DNA of 64,000 nucleotides from Patescibacteria group bacterium (GTDB lineage Bacteria; Patescibacteriota; Patescibacteriia; UBA2591; UBA4787): the NCBI GenBank assembly GCA_028715115.1, contig JAQUSN010000001.1, forward strand, positions 385,746-449,745, given 5' to 3'. The notes below the pieces were generated by a model. The model did no database searches, was not told where the DNA came from, and was given only the letters and a program-made list of their open reading frames with translations. Shown here piece by piece: positions 57,659 to 64,000 of the stretch; the first letter of the stretch is position 1, and every line of letters starts with the position of its first letter. The position numbers and the translations under genes were made by a program.

Positions 57659-59236
57659 CATGGGATTTGCCGAGTTAAAAGCTCGGCTTTTCTCTTTATT
57701 AGAGCCCGTTTCGGCAGGTTCTAACCGTCCGTTTTTTCGATTCGACCCGGATGAGACAAGAATCAGCGGCAGAAGCGCGGAATCCGTGTCAATTCTTATG
57801 TTTTTGTCTTTTAGGAGGAGGTTCGAACCTAAGGCGGAGAGAATCACTTTTCTGGCGTGTTGACCCCTTTCGGTGAACGCTTCATTGGCATCACCGGCGA
57901 AGGTTAAAACGTTGTCGGCCGTCTGAAGCCAGCTGTCTACGCGGCTGTCGGTGTCATTCAATAATTCGTGCAGTCTGATTTTTTCCTGGCCGATTTCCGA
58001 TTTCTTTTTCTTGAATTCTTCCTCGCTTATTTCTCCCGACGCTCTCATGTCGATCAAAGCGTCCAGTTTTTTGACGCAGGCTTCGTAATTTTTTTGTTGG
58101 TTGGAAAGTATCGCGTTGCGATCGCCGGCCTCGCGCTCGTTTTCGTTTAGGAGCCATTTCATGGCCCAGCCGTGGAATTCTTCCGGCGGTTGAACTTTGG
58201 CCAATGTTTTCTTAATCTGTTTTTCCAATTCGTTCACTTCGATGCACTTTTGGCTGCACGGGCCTTTGCGTTTGGTGCAGTGATAATACGTGTAGTGATG
58301 AACGTTGCCGTTTTTGTTTCTCTTTATTTTATTCTCGGCCGTAACCATGCAACCGCACTCGCCGCAACGGATCATGCCGGTATACGCGAAGGTATGCGTT
58401 TCCGGTTTGGGCTTGCTCCCATGTCCGAGCATTTTCTGAACCCTGTCATATTCGTCGCGCGTGATCATGGGTTCGTGTTTGCCTTTGTGCCAGTTGCCAC
58501 TGCCTTTTGGCCACTCAAACCAGCCGTAATAAAAGGGATTATAAAGCAGGCGGTAGTAGCCGCTACGCGCCAGGTTTTTCAGTCCCCATTTTTCAACCGC
58601 GATTTCGTGCACCCTGGGAGCGGTGAAGTCGCCGCTTAAAAGCATATCAAACATTTTCCGGATAATCGGAAACATTCGCGGGTCTTTGCGGATCGTGCGA
58701 AAGCCTTTTAATTTGTCCGGCGTGTTTTTGTAACCGACGGGCGCCGGCCCGGGATGCCAGCCCATTTCTACTTTGCGTCTTAGTCCGCGTTTGACGTCAA
58801 TGCCTTTATTGTCGTTTTCCAGCTTAGCCTGACTGCAAAGCAGATTAAGCAGGAATTTGTCGTTGGGAGTGTTTTTGAACGTCTGGCCGGGTGTATGGAT
58901 TTCCAACAGCCGGTTCTGGTCCATGAGATAAACCAGATAGCCGGTGTCCACGGAATTTCGGGAAAGGCGGTTGGGATGCCAGGCGATAATGCCCTCGGCT
59001 TCGCCTTTCTCAATCCGTTTGATCATCTGATTGAAGATTTCGCGTCCCGGCGCTTTGGCCGAATATGATTCTTCCAGGCGCTCCACGATGTGGAGCCGTT
59101 CTCTTTTTGCAAGCGCTTCCAGCTCGCTCTTTTGCGAATCGATTGAAAGGACCTGTCTGTCTTCTTGTTCCGAAGATTTACGAGCGTAGAGGAAGTACTT
59201 GAGTTTTGGTTGTACTTCCTGGTTCATATTAGTCAA
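57617..59236 (-). CDS. Large serine recombinase (integrase) whose 3' end overlaps the tRNA-Asn 3' half
   Basis: N-terminal resolvase catalytic domain YARKSSEQEDRQVLSIDSQ, recombinase domain, zinc ribbon CGECGC...HHYTYYHCTKRKGPCSQKC; GC-rich coding sequence. Confidence 0.85.
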   Translation of the reverse strand: MTNMNQEVQPKLKYFLYARKSSEQEDRQVLSIDSQKSELEALAKRERLHIVERLEESYSAKAPGREIFNQMIKRIEKGEAEGIIAWHPNRLSRNSVDTGYLVYLMDQNRLLEIHTPGQTFKNTPNDKFLLNLLCSQAKLENDNKGIDVKRGLRRKVEMGWHPGPAPVGYKNTPDKLKGFRTIRKDPRMFPIIRKMFDMLLSGDFTAPRVHEIAVEKWGLKNLARSGYYRLLYNPFYYGWFEWPKGSGNWHKGKHEPMITRDEYDRVQKMLGHGSKPKPETHTFAYTGMIRCGECGCMVTAENKIKRNKNGNVHHYTYYHCTKRKGPCSQKCIEVNELEKQIKKTLAKVQPPEEFHGWAMKWLLNENEREAGDRNAILSNQQKNYEACVKKLDALIDMRASGEISEEEFKKKKSEIGQEKIRLHELLNDTDSRVDSWLQTADNVLTFAGDANEAFTERGQHARKVILSALGSNLLLKDKNIRIDTDSALLPLILVSSGSNRKNGRLEPAETGSNKEKSRAFNSANPMWLRGWDSNPQPTD

Positions 59237-60101
59237 AGAGTTCGGTGGTGTTCAGGTAGTAAACCAATTTGCCACCGGCCGACATTATTATTCTCATGGT
59301 CGGATAAGGGAATGGATCAGCCACAAGTCCTTCCGGAAGTTTGTAGCTTGTATCCTCCCAGCGCCACTCATTGGCCGCCGGATTTTCCGCGCCGGGTTTG
59401 CTCGGAAGGTATTGCGGCTGGATGTCGGATCGCATCATGAATTTGGTGCGTTCCGGATCACGGCCGAGATAAGCGAACGCAGCCTGCTCGATTTCGTCTT
59501 TACTCATCAAAGGCCAGTCCAGCGATCCGTTGCCGGAGCAATTGCCCGGGATGGTGGCGTTGCGTTCGATCGGATAGACAATTCCGATTTCCACAACTTG
59601 GTTCGTCTTTTGCGTTACCTGATATTGATATACTTCACAGCGGTCGTTGATGTAATTTGTCTGCTGGAAGATATACACTGGCCGGTCCCATTCCTCGGGA
59701 TTGTCGGCCGTGAACCCGCCGTCATTTTTTTTGACGTTGCTTAGGATCGCGAAATTGGCCGGATGCTCGTTTTGCGTGATGTATTTGAGCTCCAAATTCT
59801 GATCTCCCATGAACGTCTGGATGGCTCGTTCGGCTTTATCCGGTTCGCTTTGAGCCGGCGGTTTTTCATTGACGAAAGTCCGGCCGTCGGAGGTTCTGCA
59901 TTGTTCCGGATAAGATTCCATTACGGCGAATCCAGCTTCGACACACTGGTCGAAGTTCGTAATGGAGGCCAGGTCTTTAGTTTCGGCCCCACGCGGTGCA
60001 TTGCTGCCTAAAAGGTGATAAACTCCGTAACCGGCCCCAAGAACCGCTACAATGGCGATTACAGCGTAAATTTTGGCGTTTTTAGTCATAGTTTTGTTCA
60101 T
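59229..60101 (-). CDS. Hypothetical secreted/membrane-anchored protein of the integrated island
   Basis: N-terminal signal/TM MTKNAKIYAVIAIVAVLGAGYGVYHLL; higher GC than the host genome. Confidence 0.5.
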   Translation of the reverse strand: MNKTMTKNAKIYAVIAIVAVLGAGYGVYHLLGSNAPRGAETKDLASITNFDQCVEAGFAVMESYPEQCRTSDGRTFVNEKPPAQSEPDKAERAIQTFMGDQNLELKYITQNEHPANFAILSNVKKNDGGFTADNPEEWDRPVYIFQQTNYINDRCEVYQYQVTQKTNQVVEIGIVYPIERNATIPGNCSGNGSLDWPLMSKDEIEQAAFAYLGRDPERTKFMMRSDIQPQYLPSKPGAENPAANEWRWEDTSYKLPEGLVADPFPYPTMRIIMSAGGKLVYYLNTTELFD

Positions 60102-60224
60102 TAATTATTTTAATTTTGTTTTCGGCCTTTCTACACACAACATGGTCCTAAGGCCGAAGGAAGTCAAACGTATACTTCTATTTTACCGCTTTATCGGTTT
60201 TTTAATAAGAGGTAGGGTTGAAAT

Positions 60225-60440
60225 TCTATACCGATTTTGTACCGATTTTATCCGGTTATAACCCCGAAAGCTGCCCCAGTTTTGCCCCAGTTTTGCCCCA
60301 GTCTGTTTTTCTCGAAAATCATCCAAGTTTTGTCCAAGTTTTATCCAACCTAATACCTGTTTTTTGGTCGCCTTTGGTCGCCATCGTTATCTCTCAAATC
60401 TGCCCACATTTCACCCACGTTTTGCCCAACCCTTATTTTT
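60225..60440. repeat. Iteron-like array: at least 8 direct copies of an 11-nt unit (AGTTTTGCCCC / AGTTTTGTCCA / AGTTTTATCCA / GATTTTGTACC / CGTTTTGCCCA) plus tandem TTGGTCGCC
   Basis: Units have 11-nt periodicity and lie in the island's intergenic region, upstream of the minus-strand gene that starts at 60101. Confidence 0.5.
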
Positions 60441-60521
60441 TAATTTTCAGCAAGCTTGCTTGCTTTATTTAAGCTATTTTATTAATTATTTTTTCTTACT
60501 CATTCTTTATTACTAAGTGCT

Positions 60522-60965
60522 TCATGGTGGACCAGGGCCGGGGTTCTCTATGGTGCCTGACCGTGCTTCATAGTGAACCCTGGTCGTTTTTAGCAATCGT
60601 GGATTGAGACGATACATCGTGCCGGCCCAGCGGCCGCGATCAAGTACTCCCGGTTTTGTTTCTATAAGTCCGAGCTCGGCCAGTTTTTTCCTGACGCGCC
60701 GGCAGGTAGACCGGCTGAAACCGAATGAAGCGAAACCCTTCTCTTTGTCGTCCCGGCCGAAGAAGATATTATCGGTATGCCAGAACCAGCCGTCCTTATC
60801 GCCGTAGCGGTTTGAGAGATGACTCAGCACCATTAAAAAATCACGCTCGGCATGACTTAAAGCATGGCGCAATTTTTCATCGTCAAAGGGAGCGTGAGGG
60901 GCCGGAAAGAAATTAAAGCTTTTACCACGCGGTTTGAGTTGGTTCGTCTGATTCATAATTTTCAC
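60522..60965 (-). CDS. Hypothetical winged-HTH protein (replication-initiator/regulator-like)
   Basis: FGFSRSTCRRVRKKLAELGLIE HTH-like segment; adjacent to the iteron array. Confidence 0.45.
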   Translation of the reverse strand: MKIMNQTNQLKPRGKSFNFFPAPHAPFDDEKLRHALSHAERDFLMVLSHLSNRYGDKDGWFWHTDNIFFGRDDKEKGFASFGFSRSTCRRVRKKLAELGLIETKPGVLDRGRWAGTMYRLNPRLLKTTRVHYEARSGTIENPGPGPP

Positions 60966-61233
60966 TAAGTAATTCGGCTACTTTTTCACTGACGGCCGTT
61001 TCGACCTCCTGGCCGGCTTTTTGGGTTATGGGATGAAAGATGTTGATGTTCTGTCCTCCCACTTTGCGCGTGGGGTAAACCAGGCGGTATCGGCCATCCG
61101 GCCGGCTAAACACGGCCACCGATCCCATCCAAAACTTATCGTCCAGGACAAACGAAACGAACCCGAGGAGGCCGTCCTTGGGTTTGACCGGATAGAATTG
61201 AATTTCACTGATTGTGGTTTGGTTGTAAGTCAT
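60922..61233 (-). CDS. SpoVG-family nucleic-acid-binding protein
   Basis: ISEIQFYPVKPKDGLLGFVSFVLDDKFWMGSVAVFSRPDGRYRLVYPTRK...IFHPITQKAGQEVETAV parallels the SpoVG core ([23 protein letters not shown]...LFVAMPSKR...IAHPI). Confidence 0.6.
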   Translation of the reverse strand: MTYNQTTISEIQFYPVKPKDGLLGFVSFVLDDKFWMGSVAVFSRPDGRYRLVYPTRKVGGQNINIFHPITQKAGQEVETAVSEKVAELLSENYESDEPTQTAW

Positions 61234-61408
61234 GGCTGGTCACTACTTTATCTTTGAAGTCGTCGATGGACGGCTCACCCATGTAGGTGATTTTGTAGAG
61301 TTTGAAAAGATTGTTGGCGCGCAAAGACGCCTCCTCGTCGGAAAGCTTCACGCCGTAGCGTTTTTCGTATAATTCTTTGAATTCTTGTATGGCTTCTTGG
61401 GGCAACAT
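61205..61408 (-). CDS. Small hypothetical protein (67 aa), first gene of the leftward island operon
   Basis: ORF only; overlaps the next gene by 29 nt. Confidence 0.35.
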   Translation of the reverse strand: MLPQEAIQEFKELYEKRYGVKLSDEEASLRANNLFKLYKITYMGEPSIDDFKDKVVTSHDLQPNHNQ

Positions 61409-61519
61409 AAAAGGCTGGCCCCGCCGGGGACTAGCCTTTATCTATCAATTCAAATACTTTTTCGGATCACATCGAGGCGCCTTAGCCTCAGAGGGAAATA
61501 AATTTTGCTTAAAAAATAA

Positions 61520-61760
61520 AAAGGGCTACCACTTCTAGTCATCAAGCGAAAATAGCAATCGCTGCTTGATAACAGAAGTCGTAGCCCCGTCTCGTTTAGT
61601 TCCGATTGATCGGAACGCCGTCAGGCGAACTCCTATCTGACATCTTTATAATACCGGTCCGGAACGCGGACCGTCAACAGGTCCGTCTGTGGAAAACTTT
61701 TCTGACAAAAGCTGACAAGAAGTTTAAAAACACTTCTCCACAGGCCAGGGTATTTACTGC
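61520..61760. other. GC-rich, hairpin-dense non-coding region (candidate structured RNA or att/regulatory region)
   Basis: Nested perfect helices: GGGCTAC..TTCT..ATCAAGC...GCTTGAT..AGAA..GTAGCCC, GTTCCGAT-TGA-TCGGAAC, CGCC-GTCA-GGCG, GGTCCG-GAACG-CGGACC, and CTGTGGAG...CTCCACAG. Confidence 0.35.
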
Positions 61761-61787
61761 ACATTTTTAATACGCTATAATAAAATT

Positions 61788-62900
61788 GTGCAAAACAATA
61801 TGAACTCAAAAAAAGACTTAATTTTTGAGCTGGCCGAACTCGGACTGAAGGGAAACAAAGCGGCAATCGTTAAACTTCTAGAAACTATTGCCGTAAAAGA
61901 AATAGGAGCTAATCGACACTCTGCCTATAATAAATTTTTAAATCTCATCGAGAAATATTCTGATGAGACATTTTCGATTTCTCCAAGCTCTATTATTCCA
62001 CAAAAAGACGCTGAACTTTTCATCGATACAAAAAATATTTGGCTGGCTCCCAGTATTGAATCTAAAATAAATAAATTTATTAAATTACATCAAGAAATAG
62101 CAGTACCACAGATTGCGAATCAATTTAATAAATTACTTCTTTACGGTCCCCCTGGCAGCGGTAAAACTACTATAGGTTTTTATGTTGCAAACAAACTCAA
62201 AAAACCTTTAAGTTATGTAAAAATAACGGATGTAATTTCTTCAAGACTTGGTGAGACGATGCATAATATCGCAGATGTTTTTAATCGTACGGATAATGCT
62301 GTGATTTTTATTGATGAATTTGATGCTTTTGCTAAAAATCGTAATGACAAAAATGATGTCGGGGAGTTAAAGAGGATCGTGAACTCCATTATTCAAACTC
62401 TTGATTTTAATTCCAGAAATAAAATTATCATAGTTGCTACCAATTTATTAGAATCTATTGATCCGGCAATTTTAAGAAGGTTTAAATTTAAAATTCTTGT
62501 AGATGAGTTAATTGATGGGGAGAAGGAAAGATTTTTTGATTACTTAATTGAAAAAAATAAAACAAAAAATAGCAAAGTTAATATTGCTGATAATGATAAA
62601 AAATTTTTAATCGATTCTTTAGATGCACTAAAAATAAATACTATTGATGAAATAAATGACTTTTTTGACAAGACATTGGTAAATAACTTAATTGAAAACA
62701 AAAAAGAATTTGAATTGACTGATTTTGTAAAAACGCTATTCATCGAAGATTATCTTAAACAACCAAAGAAACTCAGGAAACAGGACCAAAAAATCCTTTC
62801 GAAACTTTGTAAAATAATGGAAGATGAAGGATACCCAAAAATAAAATTAGCCGAGATAATGGGCATCCATAGGAATTCATATAAGAATTATGCCGAATAA
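61788..62900 (+). CDS. Classic-clade AAA+ ATPase with a roughly 110-aa N-terminal domain
   Basis: Walker A LLLYGPPGSGKTT, Walker B VIFIDEFDAF, second region of homology VATNLLESIDPAILRRF. Confidence 0.85.
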   Translation: MQNNMNSKKDLIFELAELGLKGNKAAIVKLLETIAVKEIGANRHSAYNKFLNLIEKYSDETFSISPSSIIPQKDAELFIDTKNIWLAPSIESKINKFIKLHQEIAVPQIANQFNKLLLYGPPGSGKTTIGFYVANKLKKPLSYVKITDVISSRLGETMHNIADVFNRTDNAVIFIDEFDAFAKNRNDKNDVGELKRIVNSIIQTLDFNSRNKIIIVATNLLESIDPAILRRFKFKILVDELIDGEKERFFDYLIEKNKTKNSKVNIADNDKKFLIDSLDALKINTIDEINDFFDKTLVNNLIENKKEFELTDFVKTLFIEDYLKQPKKLRKQDQKILSKLCKIMEDEGYPKIKLAEIMGIHRNSYKNYAE

Positions 62901-64000
62901 AAAATATAAACACATAAAGATACCGAACTCCCTTTTTTCAAGGGAGGGTGTTTATACTCCACCACCGCGTAGAAATTACAAAGAGCTTGGAAATTTTGAT
63001 AGAGAAAGACAGAAGAGGAAGGTTTTGAGCGGAGTCAGTAGGATAAATAATTTTTTTTCCGAAAAGGATGCTTCTTTAAAGATTGATGCAGATAAACAGA
63101 TAAATGAGATAAAAATCAAATTTCATGGGCCCGCTAACCAGGATTTCATTTCACGATATAGGATTCAGGTTTATCGACAAGAAGAAAATAAAGAAAAAGA
63201 TTCAACAATTTTTGGGAGAATCAATAATAAGCCCATCGGTAGTCAAAAATCAGATTTTGAGCGTTTGAAGGATGAAGTAAACGCTTACGTAGAGAGAACG
63301 GAGAGAAAATCATATTTTGAAAAAATTAAAGAATTAAAGCCTCTTACTCTTGAAGAAATTTTGGAGAAAGATTTAAAAGATAAATATAAAACTGACCCCA
63401 GTCAGGAGATTTTTATTGATGTTTCTTTTGCTGATAAACAAAACATCGCAACAACAAAACTAAACTCTATCCAGGAACAATTTTCGAATAAATTTATTTC
63501 TAAAGTTAATACTGAACTTTTACACTTCTGTAGATTAAAAGCAAAATACGAAGACGTAGAAAATTTACATAAAAGTTACGAAGGCATTATTGATATTGAA
63601 CAAGCCCCGGATTATGAACTTTTTGGATCATCATTAGAAAAAAATATCGATAATCTAAATATCGTACCTCCTACAGATGACGGGGACCCTGCTTTTGTTC
63701 TTGACGGGGCCGTTAACTCAAATCACCTCACACTTAATGGAGCAGTAGTCCAATCTGTGGGACCTCATGGTGGTGACAAAAAACACGGGACCGCAGTGGC
63801 CAGTTTAGTGGTTTGCGGTTATCGCTTGGATATACAAGGCAATATTCAGCAGGATAATAAAATTATTGTCGTTGATGTTTCCGATGGCCAAAATAATTTT
63901 TTAAAACTTGAAGAAAAAATCATAGAAACAGTTGAGCAGAATGCGCCAAATTATAGACTTTTATTGTTAAATCTATCGATAAATAATTACTATTTCTATA
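62887..64000 (+). CDS. Protein with an unknown 270-aa N-terminal region followed by a subtilase (peptidase S8) domain; 3' end lies outside the window
   Basis: Manual translation of frame 1 from the ATG at 62887 (overlapping the AAA gene stop) stays open to the window end. It contains VLDGAVNSNH (Asp motif) and GPHGGDKKHGTAVASLV (His motif HGTxVA). Confidence 0.6.
   Translation, partial: MMPNKKYKHIKIPNSLFSREGVYTPPPRRNYKELGNFDRERQKRKVLSGVSRINNFFSEKDASLKIDADKQINEIKIKFHGPANQDFISRYRIQVYRQEENKEKDSTIFGRINNKPIGSQKSDFERLKDEVNAYVERTERKSYFEKIKELKPLTLEEILEKDLKDKYKTDPSQEIFIDVSFADKQNIATTKLNSIQEQFSNKFISKVNTELLHFCRLKAKYEDVENLHKSYEGIIDIEQAPDYELFGSSLEKNIDNLNIVPPTDDGDPAFVLDGAVNSNHLTLNGAVVQSVGPHGGDKKHGTAVASLVVCGYRLDIQGNIQQDNKIIVVDVSDGQNNFLKLEEKIIETVEQNAPNYRLLLLNLSINNYYFY

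Noticed and set aside
58172-59744. Plus-strand ORFs (155 aa, 181 aa, 91 aa) inside the serine recombinase and neighbouring gene
   Set aside because: They are antisense to a strongly supported recombinase CDS in GC-rich DNA. Treated as spurious.
60225-60440. CRISPR array
   Set aside because: The repeat unit is only about 11 nt with no intervening unique spacers, so it is an iteron-like array, not CRISPR. No cas genes are in the window.
60073-60472. ORFs 60073..60261 and 60218..60472 in the iteron region
   Set aside because: The sequence is dominated by short direct repeats and the translations are low-complexity. It is more plausibly a non-coding origin or regulatory region.

Overview
This is an AT-rich (about 35% GC), gene-dense bacterial fragment that looks like a Candidate Phyla Radiation (CPR) / Patescibacteria genome under the standard genetic code. 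It carries the str (rpsL-rpsG-fusA-tuf), S10 (rpsJ..rpsQ) and spc (rplN..rplO-secY-adk-map) ribosomal-protein gene clusters. L30 is absent, and L24, L28, S14 and EF-Tu carry insertions or zinc-ribbon elements. Other housekeeping content includes a tRNA cluster with an initiator tRNA-fMet, a CAT tRNA and tRNA-Leu(CAA), then parAB, a CIRCE-hrcA-grpE-dnaK operon, lepB, hisS, tRNA-Ser, and dnaG-rpoD. Accessory content is dense. The most striking feature is a 9.5 kb operon-like tandem array of 11-12 paralogous class-I methyltransferase-fold genes at 31216-40729. They have a non-canonical motif I (LILGSTPEFRDL) and sit downstream of a GT2 / epimerase / PLP-enzyme cluster. A higher-GC integrated element lies at tRNA-Asn: a large serine recombinase gene overlaps the tRNA 3' end, with iteron-like repeats and SpoVG-like and HTH genes downstream. 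Just upstream of tRNA-Asn are a GIY-YIG gene and a partial tRNA-Asn copy. An AAA+ ATPase plus S8-peptidase gene pair sits at the window end. Two copies of a roughly 223-nt MITE-like element with terminal inverted repeats each end exactly on the ATG start codons of rplO and dnaG. A GC-rich palindrome family (core TCCGCCAGYTGGCGGA / TTCGCCAGTTGGCGAA) recurs at tRNA fragments and intergenic hairpins, including a tRNA-Leu(CAA) nested between the two halves of another Leu-like tRNA gene. A 700-nt high-GC island (5700-6450) has its own promoter and terminator. Conserved hairpin-plus-leader elements precede rplX, rplF and map. RF2 lacks domain 1, ComEC is split, and a second, extended adenylate-kinase paralog is present.
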